Below are positions 17,519 to 24,912 of a stretch of 32,000 bases of DNA, piece after piece (position 1 is the first letter of the stretch; each line of letters opens with the position of its first letter). The position numbers and the translations under genes were made by a program. The stretch comes from Pyrolobus fumarii 1A (GTDB taxonomy: Archaea > Thermoproteota > Thermoprotei_A > Sulfolobales > Pyrodictiaceae). Location: assembly GCF_000223395.1 (NCBI RefSeq), contig NC_015931.1, forward strand, positions 1,800,001 through 1,832,000, given 5' to 3'. The notes beneath the pieces are model-generated. The model was given only the letters and a program-made list of their open reading frames with translations. It was not told the DNA's origin and ran no database searches.

Positions 17519-17522
17519 TGCC

Positions 17523-18287
17523 TTGAGAATCGTGATCGTGATACACCCTACATGCGCATCGAGCTACCGCCTAGTAAAGACGCTTGCAAAGGAGAGGCTC
17601 TTGGACCGTGTCGAGCTTGTAGACGCCACTGACCCCCGTACACTACTACGTTATGGCGCATGGAGCGTACCATGGGTGGTTGTGAACGGCGTCCCTGCTG
17701 CCACAGACCCCGTTGAGCCAGAGGAAGTGGCCGCGATGATAAGGGGCGAGTATAAACCTGAGACTCGTGAAGCTAGAGAGGCGTTCCGCGACGCTGTGAT
17801 ACACAGCGCGTTCGCAGCGTCAATTGCATTCCTCAACGACCGCCTCGACCTTGTCGTCGAGCCTGGCTTCGTATCTGCAGCTCTACGCGCACCATACACG
17901 CACGTTGACGCCGAGCGAGCAGCCCAAGAGATACTCGCTAATGCGAAAGAATTATGGAGAGAGATACGTGACATGGTTGCACGTGCTCTTGGCGTTAGTT
18001 TCGTGAGAGAGACTTGGTGGTCTAGAGGAGGCAATTTGACCCAAGATGAGCTGCTAAAGCTAGTTGATAGTGGCGCCGTTAGGCTATGGCTGGTAGCCAA
18101 GGCATCGGTGGGTAGAAGCGGCCTACCGTGGGATCCACGTGTTGTAAATGAGCGCGCGACTCCAATAGAAGGTTTCGTACGCCGCGGTGCTACTGGCTTG
18201 CTTAGGAAGGTAGAACGGGAGCAAAAAGAGATTCTAGGAGACGAAGAGTATTGGAGGATTCTACGCGACTACATTGGTGTGAGTTAA
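17523..18287 (+). CDS. Hypothetical protein with an N-terminal thioredoxin/glutaredoxin-like fold (CxxS) and an unknown C-terminal domain
   Basis: RIVIVIHPTCASSYRLVKTL...WSVPWVVVNG resembles small archaeal redox-active disulfide proteins, but the second Cys is replaced (CASS). About 170 further residues match no family I recognise. Start is TTG 17523 or GTG 17532. Confidence 0.5.
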   Translation: MRIVIVIHPTCASSYRLVKTLAKERLLDRVELVDATDPRTLLRYGAWSVPWVVVNGVPAATDPVEPEEVAAMIRGEYKPETREAREAFRDAVIHSAFAASIAFLNDRLDLVVEPGFVSAALRAPYTHVDAERAAQEILANAKELWREIRDMVARALGVSFVRETWWSRGGNLTQDELLKLVDSGAVRLWLVAKASVGRSGLPWDPRVVNERATPIEGFVRRGATGLLRKVEREQKEILGDEEYWRILRDYIGVS

Positions 18288-18308
18288 CCGCTGACGGGAC
18301 GCCTTAGG

Positions 18309-18896
18309 CTAGCCACTATGTTCATTGTTCCGAGTCGATGCGTTGCACGGGTCGAGTCTAGAGTAGAACTCGTACAGCCGGCTAACCGGCGCCTTTGTAA
18401 CAATTTTTGCATCGCTGACTCCACGTACGTAGAGGTATATGCTGCGTAGTCTTCCAGCCTCATCTTCAACCCTACGTATTCGCACGGGAACCCACTGTGG
18501 TACCGGAAAATCTAGCGTAACGACACGTGCACCGGGCTTCAACTCGCGCTCTAGCTTATCCGCCAGTCTCTCGTTGATACTCGCATACATGTAGATGTAG
18601 ACGACTGTAGCATCGCTAACATCGACCTCGAATATATCACCCTCGATTATCTCTACCCGATCTGCAACACCCTCTTCGGCTGCCCTAATCCTCGCAATAG
18701 TAACAAGCCCATCATCTATCTCTACACCCACAGCCTTCTTGACCCGGAAGTCCCTAGCCGCTATGACAACTACTCTCCCGTCACCCGCGCCAAGATCATA
18801 AAGAACGTCACATGGCGATAAGCGCGCTAGGCTCAACGCCTCATATACAACGGAGAGAGGCGACGGTATGAATGGAGCTAGTTTCTCTCTAGCCAA
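18309..18896 (-). CDS. Crenarchaeal protein lysine methyltransferase (aKMT-like class I SAM methyltransferase)
   Basis: PFIPSPLSVVYEALSLARLSPCDVLYDLGAGDGRVVVIAARDFRVKKAVGVEI...FEVDVSDATVVYIYM...LKPGARVVTLDF...IYLYV resembles my recollection of Sulfolobus aKMT (not checkable here). TTG start 8 nt after a GGAGG. Confidence 0.65.
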   Translation of the reverse strand: MAREKLAPFIPSPLSVVYEALSLARLSPCDVLYDLGAGDGRVVVIAARDFRVKKAVGVEIDDGLVTIARIRAAEEGVADRVEIIEGDIFEVDVSDATVVYIYMYASINERLADKLERELKPGARVVTLDFPVPQWVPVRIRRVEDEAGRLRSIYLYVRGVSDAKIVTKAPVSRLYEFYSRLDPCNASTRNNEHSG

Positions 18897-19040
18897 GCTG
18901 GAGCCCTCCGCCTAGGTGTTGCTCGTCACCCCCTCAGCCCCGGCTTTACACTTCATCGGGCTCCTCCGCCATTCATGAACACTACACTGTGACTAGCATT
19001 TATCTGCCCCGAGGGGACCCCGGTTTTGAATGGCTAGGGC

Positions 19041-19080
19041 CCCCGCAAGAGGCCCGCGTCGCGGGCCTCTGTGAGCGGGG
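19041..19080 (+). other. Composite GC-rich hairpin: 6-bp stem, asymmetric internal loop (AA / UGUGA), 9-bp stem and a GUC triloop
   Basis: CCCCGC-AA-GAGGCCCGC-GTC-GCGGGCCTC-TGTGA-GCGGGG. All 15 base pairs are Watson-Crick, checked position by position. Confidence 0.8.
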
Positions 19081-19123
19081 CGGGGCTCCACCCCTGCGTC
19101 AGGCCCTCCGCACAACTTGGAGC

Positions 19124-19609
19124 GTGGAAGCATTGGGAGAGACTAGAAGCATATCGTCAGTACTGGCCCTGACTCTTATATTGGTTTTGACGATCATAGT
19201 CGCACTTGCAGCCGTTAGCATAATGTTCTACTGGTACTCTTGGAGCGTTTCGTACGTTGAACAGCTTAGAGTACTAGGCGATAGCTACATTGAAGCTACA
19301 TCAGACTACACGATAGTAGCGTTGCACCTCATGAACGAGGGGAAAAGAAGCGCGGTTATCGTCTCTGTCACTGTCGGTCACTGGGATGTACCACTGTCAT
19401 ACTTCCAGGTGATAATCGAGGCGGGTAACGCGAGGAAACTCACATCGGCTATAGAGGTAGGCCCTGGCAGCACAGTCTGGCTTAGGGCAATAGTCCCTGC
19501 ATCACAGCTACCCATCGCAGCTAACCAGCTTGACACCGTTAAGGTAGAGATGTTACTAGACTCTGGGAGGAGGATAACAGCTATACTTGGTGTGATAAGA
19601 GCCAGATGA
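19124..19609 (+). CDS. Archaeal type IV pilin-like protein (class III signal peptide)
   Basis: A short charged N-terminus (GETRS), then ISSVLALTLILVLTIIVALAAVSIMFYWY, resembles the archaeal pilin/flagellin N-terminal domain. The start must be near GTG 19124 or TTG 19133. The track start at 18989 would put 45 aa ahead of the signal peptide. Confidence 0.5.
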   Translation: MEALGETRSISSVLALTLILVLTIIVALAAVSIMFYWYSWSVSYVEQLRVLGDSYIEATSDYTIVALHLMNEGKRSAVIVSVTVGHWDVPLSYFQVIIEAGNARKLTSAIEVGPGSTVWLRAIVPASQLPIAANQLDTVKVEMLLDSGRRITAILGVIRAR

Positions 19610-19623
19610 GAAAACAAGGGAGT

Positions 19624-20940
19624 CTAGTACTCGATTACCTCCATACCTAGCAGTTTCGCGACTATCCTTAGTTCTCTGCGAACATCGCCAACGATCAGCA
19701 CGTGGTGGTTCGATATTGCTTTGGCAGTGAACGGTTCTGGGCTCCTCTCCTCGAGCTTTGCAACTACCTGTGTTCTACATCTACCGGCACTAAGCATGCC
19801 AGACTCTACCACCTCGGCAAGCGCGAAAGCTAGCTTACGGAAGTCGGGCGATATTGCTGTTAGCGTGTAGGTGCCTGGCTCTATCTTTGTTACAACCGCG
19901 TATGGGTTGCCCGTTTCGAAGTGCGGTATTAGGGTCGAGTAGCTGCCTAGGCTAGAGGCCGCAGTACAATGCGCTAGTACGAGTGTGCGTGTCCGTGGAT
20001 CATAATGACTTGGATTGGCAATCCAACCCGGCTTTCCAGTCAACATCTTAGCAATCGTCATCAACACTAGTGCACGGTAGTCAGCCTCACATATAGATAT
20101 GACACCCTCGTCTAACAAGTAACTCATCATAAGGCATGGCGTGGCGCCCTTACGCATTATGAACGGGAAGCAGTCTATCGTGACCGCAGATGCTCCACGC
20201 TCGCTAGCAAGCTTCTTCGCAGCAGCGGCCAATCTTACCGGCTTCTCGAGCAGCCTAGCATCCACGCCACCCAGATCAAAATGTGAACGTAGATACTCAT
20301 ACACCTCACGTACATCAACATTCTCCATGGTCTTGTCTAGTTCTTCTGATGTCACATTCTCGACTCGGAACCCGAAACGACGCGAAGCCTCAACACCCTC
20401 ATCGTATACTCTCTCAGCGTCTATCTGCAATACCTTCAGGTTTCTTAGCTCTACTACCGCACGCACTGCTCTTACAACCGCAGCTGCCTCCTCAACGGCG
20501 TCGGACGGCCTAAGAGCCTCGATTAGGTATACTGGATATCCCTCACTCTCTAGCCTGGATTTAGCGCTTAGCGCAGAGGCCATACTGTTGTGGAAACCGT
20601 GGGCCAATAGTACGATCGGCTTTTTGCCACCCATTGCCTCTGCCATCATCTTTATTAGTTTACTCGACCCGCCGGTTAGTACAGCAATGAACACCGCATC
20701 GGCCTCTTGAAGCCCACCAGCTTGCATTTTCACGTCATTCTCGTCTGTTATCACTTGGAATGGCTCAATGTTCAACGACTGATACAGGCTGCGGAACTCC
20801 TCCCAAATCTTCTCGTAGTATTCGCGACCATGTACCTTGCTAGCCACTCCAAAGCCGTAGAGCTTCGCTCTCAACGCGCAAACCCCGAGAGGTATCGAAA
20901 TACTGGCAGCCAGAGTGCAAAACTCTATCTCTAACCCCAC
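19624..20940 (-). CDS. Possible FucI/AraA-superfamily sugar isomerase-like protein (low-confidence family call)
   Basis: 438-aa soluble protein. The Rossmann-like N-terminal half (AVFIAVLTGGSSKLI, IVLLAHGFHNS) and SICEADYRALVLMTIAKMLTGKPGWIANPSH resemble COG2407-type isomerases. This is recognition by eye only. Confidence 0.35.
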   Translation of the reverse strand: MGLEIEFCTLAASISIPLGVCALRAKLYGFGVASKVHGREYYEKIWEEFRSLYQSLNIEPFQVITDENDVKMQAGGLQEADAVFIAVLTGGSSKLIKMMAEAMGGKKPIVLLAHGFHNSMASALSAKSRLESEGYPVYLIEALRPSDAVEEAAAVVRAVRAVVELRNLKVLQIDAERVYDEGVEASRRFGFRVENVTSEELDKTMENVDVREVYEYLRSHFDLGGVDARLLEKPVRLAAAAKKLASERGASAVTIDCFPFIMRKGATPCLMMSYLLDEGVISICEADYRALVLMTIAKMLTGKPGWIANPSHYDPRTRTLVLAHCTAASSLGSYSTLIPHFETGNPYAVVTKIEPGTYTLTAISPDFRKLAFALAEVVESGMLSAGRCRTQVVAKLEERSPEPFTAKAISNHHVLIVGDVRRELRIVAKLLGMEVIEY

Positions 20941-20960
20941 CTTGGAGAGAACTACAACGC

Positions 20961-21671
20961 TTACTCATCCACGCGTCTCTTGACACATTGAACATTCTTA
21001 CATTCGGTTATCTCGCGGATCATCTCCTCGGGAGAGGGTATATCCAAGCCAGCCTCATCAGCGAAGAACGCGTGTATCGTCTCCACGTCGTGTTTTAGAA
21101 ACTCCATGGCAAGTGGATGGTTTAGATCTACTGCCTGCGCGACATCAATTATGTAGATTTTGCCATCAAGATACATTATGTTGTATTCCGATAGGTCCGC
21201 GTGCACGAGGCGCGCGCAACAGTAAATCCTCTTCATATTCTCGAATACCTGGTTGAACACGTTGACCAACTCCTCTTCATCAAGCTCCTTGTAAACCTCT
21301 TTGATTAGGGGCGCTCTCTTACCCTCACGTCCAATGAACTCCATGACGATTATGTTCTGGTAAACAAGATACGGTTTAGGTACCTGAACCCCCGCTTCGT
21401 ACATCCTCTTTAGGTTCCTGAACTCCTTTCTGGCCCACGCAAAGAAGAGGCGTTTAGTATTACTTAGATCAACGCCTTCAAACCGGGGGTCACCCATTAT
21501 GTATTTGTATATGCTACGACGGAACTCAGCCGTAGCCGTCAAGTATATCTTGACCGCATACTCCTTGCCGTCCCTACCAACAGCACGGTAGACTCTAGCC
21601 TCTTTACCCGCGCTAACCACGCCCGCAAAACGGTCAAGCTTTAACCGTCTCATTACCTCATAGGCTGCCAT
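20961..21671 (-). CDS. rio1: RIO-type serine protein kinase (Rio1)
   Basis: VSAGKEARVYRA, YAVKIY, EFRNLKRMYEAGVQVPKP, VMEFIG, LVHADLSEYNIMY and IIDVAQAV. The coordinates use the first ATG. Homology continues upstream to at least 21740, so the true start is probably the CTG at 21752 (see findings). Confidence 0.9.
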   Translation of the reverse strand: MAAYEVMRRLKLDRFAGVVSAGKEARVYRAVGRDGKEYAVKIYLTATAEFRRSIYKYIMGDPRFEGVDLSNTKRLFFAWARKEFRNLKRMYEAGVQVPKPYLVYQNIIVMEFIGREGKRAPLIKEVYKELDEEELVNVFNQVFENMKRIYCCARLVHADLSEYNIMYLDGKIYIIDVAQAVDLNHPLAMEFLKHDVETIHAFFADEAGLDIPSPEEMIREITECKNVQCVKRRVDE

Positions 21672-21758
21672 CAGGGTCTGATGGTCCCATACCTCCTCGA
21701 CGGTCTCAAAAAGATCGCGATCCTTTAGACGCTTGTAACGCCTCCCGCCCAGACAAGT

Positions 21759-21766
21759 ATCACCCC
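21759..21766 (-). promoter_or_regulatory. Shine-Dalgarno-like GGGGTGAT 6 nt upstream of an in-frame CTG (21752) of the RIO kinase gene
   Basis: The minus strand reads GGGGTGAT-ACTTGT-CTG. No ATG, GTG or TTG lies in frame between the upstream stop (21792-21794) and the ATG at 21671. Confidence 0.4.
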
Positions 21767-21771
21767 GCGCG

Positions 21772-22152
21772 TCACTCGGCCTCCTCGGCCTCTATTAGCT
21801 CCAGTAGCTCCTCTGGGATAACCCCCTTCTCGACAAGCCTACGGACCTCGTCCTTCGAGTATCGATATATGACGTCTCCCCGCTCGGGCTTGAAGTCCCA
21901 GGGTGCAACTAGTATCAGATCACCCTCTCTCATCCATACCCTTCTTCTCATGCTGCCGGGTATGCGCACCTTACGCGTCATACCATCGGCGCATCTAGCC
22001 AGGATATAATCCGCACCCAAGAGACGCTCTATGACGCAAAGGGTGGTTCCCTCCTCGGGGTTTGGGAGCGGAGGCTCACGCGTACTGCTAGTCTCCTCGC
22101 GCCTCTTCTTGGGCACGCCGCTTGTCACCCACAAGTCCGTGAGGTGAGCCAA
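21772..22152 (-). CDS. eif1a: Translation initiation factor aIF-1A
   Basis: RCADGMTRKVRIPGSMRRRVWMREGDLILVAPWDFKPERGDVIYRYSKDEVRRLVEKG is the S1-like OB fold of IF-1A. Start is TTG 22152 or GTG 22128. Confidence 0.9.
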   Translation of the reverse strand: MAHLTDLWVTSGVPKKRREETSSTREPPLPNPEEGTTLCVIERLLGADYILARCADGMTRKVRIPGSMRRRVWMREGDLILVAPWDFKPERGDVIYRYSKDEVRRLVEKGVIPEELLELIEAEEAE

Positions 22153-22161
22153 CCTATTACT

Positions 22162-23253
22162 CTATGGCCTCTCTCCAAGCAGGGGAAGCACATAGTAGCG
22201 CCCGTTGTGCCTTACTAGAAGCACCTCTCTACCCTGCTGCACGACCCCGGGGTCGAAACTGACACTCCTCCTCGGCAACTCTAGATATTCGTAGCTTCCC
22301 TCAAGCGCCTGGAGATGAATGCTAGATGGCGTTTCCGCGGCTACCAGCACCCTCTTCTCCTCCTCGAACCTCGGGCGGCGCAGCAACTTCCACGCATCCT
22401 CTACGGTTAGGCGGTGCACCCTGCGCGACCCCACCATACGTATATAGACAAAACCCGCCTTGATACCCTCAACGTGATAGAGCTTACCGTTAAACTCGAC
22501 TATCGTACCCTTGGTGAAGAAGGGTAGGCGCACGCTCAACGTCAACCGTTTCTTTGGCCTACCGTCGCTACGCCTCCCTACAAGCTTCCAACTCTCCACT
22601 ACCTTAGCGCCAAGCACCGATCTTATCTTCGAGGCTATGGCCTTAGCAGCACCCTGATCAACTAGTATTAGGTCGAAGCCCTCGCGTTGCTCGACCACGT
22701 CGACTATGTACTCGCGGAGGCTTGGCGATAGGCGTGCAAGGAGCGCTTCTACAGCCTCTCGCTGCTCCTCGGTTAGCTTGCCACCTTCGCCTCTCACCTG
22801 GAGTATCGCTTCTATAGCGCCGCCAGCTTTCTTGAAGCACTGTGGACACAGCTGCTTCTTCACGTCAACACGGACACGGTACTCTAGTTTAGCCTCCTCG
22901 CCCGAACTGCGCAAGCGCGCAACTACAGTTGCTAACGCATGATCACCGTGGTACTGGTCGCGCACATACTCTACACTCTCGACGCGATAAGATTCCACCT
23001 CCTGGTTAGGCTTAAAGGCGGCAGACAGTGTGAGCTTGAGAACCTCGCGTATAACATCCTCTATATCGACTGCGTCGATCGGCGGCGGATACCATCTACC
23101 TTCGAACCGGTAGGCACCACATCTAGAGCATACCGTGATATCTATGCGTTTGGGGAACCGACCTAGCCCCTCCACCTCGAGATAGCACTCTAAACAGAGC
23201 CTCCCGTCAACCAGGCGCGCTTCCCGGCCACAACGTACGCATCGTGTAAGCAA
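22162..23253 (-). CDS. NMD3-family protein (large ribosomal subunit biogenesis/export factor homologue)
   Basis: N-terminal Cys clusters CVRCGRE...CLEC...CSRCGAYRFEGRW...CPQC are typical of the NMD3 N-domain. The size (363 aa) fits. The TTG start is preceded by GGGGTGGA. Confidence 0.65.
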   Translation of the reverse strand: MLTRCVRCGREARLVDGRLCLECYLEVEGLGRFPKRIDITVCSRCGAYRFEGRWYPPPIDAVDIEDVIREVLKLTLSAAFKPNQEVESYRVESVEYVRDQYHGDHALATVVARLRSSGEEAKLEYRVRVDVKKQLCPQCFKKAGGAIEAILQVRGEGGKLTEEQREAVEALLARLSPSLREYIVDVVEQREGFDLILVDQGAAKAIASKIRSVLGAKVVESWKLVGRRSDGRPKKRLTLSVRLPFFTKGTIVEFNGKLYHVEGIKAGFVYIRMVGSRRVHRLTVEDAWKLLRRPRFEEEKRVLVAAETPSSIHLQALEGSYEYLELPRRSVSFDPGVVQQGREVLLVRHNGRYYVLPLLGERP

Positions 23254-23278
23254 AAGTGTCCACCCCGGCAGCCGCGTC

Positions 23279-23590
23279 TCACCAGGTCATCCGGATTACT
23301 TGTGCATGAGGGACACCTTGTACACGCAAGATGGCTTGTGGATGAACGAGGCCCTCCCGCACAGCCGCGTTCACGATATTCTCCCCAACTAGGTTGAGCA
23401 GAGTCGCCGTCTTAGCCTCTTCAAGCGCAACACTTAGCGGCACAAGCCTCTCTCCATAGAAGTTTGGATCCACGTAAAGTGTTATCTTGTCCTCTTTGAG
23501 CCTTGCACCCAGCACCTCCTCGTCACAGATAGCTACTAGTTTCTCACCGTTAACCTCGAACACCTTCATGTAGACTAGAGGCTCTTGCAC
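23279..23590 (-). CDS. DUF424-family protein
   Basis: MKVFEVNGEKLVAICDEEVLGARL...LYVDPNFYGERLV matches the DUF424 pattern. The likely start is ATG 23569, and the GTG at 23590 is the longest option. Confidence 0.6.
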   Translation of the reverse strand: MQEPLVYMKVFEVNGEKLVAICDEEVLGARLKEDKITLYVDPNFYGERLVPLSVALEEAKTATLLNLVGENIVNAAVREGLVHPQAILRVQGVPHAQVIRMTW

Positions 23591-23672
23591 TAGCCTGCAC
23601 CCTCGAGAGGAGGGGAGCCAGACAGACCCCTATAGCGCTGACCATGCGACAGCACGAACAAACTGAGCGTGT

Positions 23673-23677
23673 AAAAA
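23673..23677 (-). terminator. Oligo-T tract (TTTTT on the minus strand) about 26 nt downstream of the P1 stop
   Basis: The plus strand reads GTAAAAAGTG. Archaeal terminators are typically short T runs. Confidence 0.35.
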
Positions 23678-23703
23678 GTGCGAGGGGGTAGAAGCCAGCG
23701 CCC

Positions 23704-24039
23704 TTAGAAACCGAATAGGCTCTCAAGACCGCCGGCGAGCTCCTCCTCGCTGACGCCCTCCTTCTTCTCCTCTTCCTCTTCCTTCTTCTCTTCCTCCTTC
23801 TTCTCCTCGGCGGCGGCAGCCGGCGCAGCCGCAGCCGGAGCAGCAGCTGGCGCTACCGGCATCGCGGTGGCGGTCTTTATCACCTCGTCAATGTTAATCT
23901 CCTTGAGAGCCGCGACAACAGCCTTGATCCTAACCTCATCTGGCTGAACACCTAGAGCCTCGAATATCTTCTTGAGGTTCTCCTCACTGATCTCCTTACC
24001 CATGGCGTGTAGCAAGAGGCTCGCGTAGATGTACTCCAT
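23704..24039 (-). CDS. rpp1: 50S ribosomal stalk protein P1 (L12e)
   Basis: [31 protein letters not shown], an Ala-rich hinge, an EEKKEEE acidic region and a terminal [11 protein letters not shown] at 24039. The track start at 24141 adds non-conserved residues. Confidence 0.9.
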   Translation of the reverse strand: MEYIYASLLLHAMGKEISEENLKKIFEALGVQPDEVRIKAVVAALKEINIDEVIKTATAMPVAPAAAPAAAAPAAAAEEKKEEEKKEEEEEKKEGVSEEELAGGLESLFGF

Positions 24040-24150
24040 CCCTTTGCCCCCGTCGCCGTGGCGGACGTGCAGAGCCCCTAATAAGCGTGAAATTAGCGGT
24101 GCATTGTATAGCGGTGATATAGGAGACTTCACCACCACCAATATGGGAGT

Positions 24151-24912
24151 GTGAAGAGCTTGCTGAGTGTAATGAGGGCTGCCGCCGCCAGACTACTATT
24201 CTCCAAGTTAAAACACAGTCGCCTACCTTCACACGTCGCCATAATACCGGACGGGAATCGGAGGTGGGCCAGGCGCCGTGGGCTGCCCGCCTGGGTAGGG
24301 CACCTCCAAGGATACAAGGTTATGAAGAGAGTTTTGACCCGCTTGTGGGAACTTGGCGTGCGCCACATCACAATCTATGCCCTGTCGCGCGAGAACTGCA
24401 CTAGAAGGCCACGAGAAGAGTTGACGAGGCTCTACGAGCTACTTGTGAAGGCACTTAGGGATCTTAGGCGCGACCATCGCGTGACACAAGGTCTTGTCAG
24501 GCCTCGTGTAATAGGCGATATGAGTCTTGTACCCGACTTCGTGGTTGAAGAGATCCACATTGTCGAAAAGGAAAGCCATAGGAATGCGCCACACACGTTG
24601 AACATTTGTGTCTGTTATAGCGGCAGGTGGGAGATACTCGAGGCTGTAAGGAAGATCGCCATTAGCACGAGAGCCGAGCCCAACACTATCGACGAGGATA
24701 CGTTTACCCGCTTGCTGCCTATGGGTGACGTACCTCCACCCGACCTGCTTATACGGACTGGTGGAGAGCTACGGCTCAGCAATTTCCTCTTATGGCATGT
24801 CGCATACACAGAGCTGTACTTCACCAGGCGTCTTTGGCCGGATTTTGACGATTTTGAGCTTGCAAAAGCGCTACTTAGCTACTCGAGGAGGGAGAGGAGG
24901 TTCGGTGCGTGA
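24151..24912 (+). CDS. uppS: Undecaprenyl/tritrans,polycis-polyprenyl diphosphate synthase (cis-prenyltransferase)
   Basis: [59 protein letters not shown] and [10 protein letters not shown]. The start is uncertain (GTG 24151, TTG 24160 or ATG 24172). Confidence 0.9.
   Translation: MKSLLSVMRAAAARLLFSKLKHSRLPSHVAIIPDGNRRWARRRGLPAWVGHLQGYKVMKRVLTRLWELGVRHITIYALSRENCTRRPREELTRLYELLVKALRDLRRDHRVTQGLVRPRVIGDMSLVPDFVVEEIHIVEKESHRNAPHTLNICVCYSGRWEILEAVRKIAISTRAEPNTIDEDTFTRLLPMGDVPPPDLLIRTGGELRLSNFLLWHVAYTELYFTRRLWPDFDDFELAKALLSYSRRERRFGA

Noticed and set aside
18989-19123. The GTG at 18989 as the start of the pilin-like gene (the ORF track model, 206 aa).
   Set aside because: It would put 45 GC-encoded, Pro/Gly/Arg-rich residues ahead of a class III signal peptide, which must be N-terminal. 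The stretch is better explained as a structured non-coding leader.
23755-23870. A low-complexity CTT/CTC/GCC repeat tract.
   Set aside because: It encodes the Ala-rich hinge and EEKKEEE acidic tail of ribosomal protein P1 and is not a genomic repeat element.
24147-24175. GTGAAGA-gcttg-CTGA-gtgta-ATGAGG, C/D-like boxes at the uppS start.
   Set aside because: The spacers are only 5 nt, so there is no room for guides. The region overlaps the uppS start codon region.
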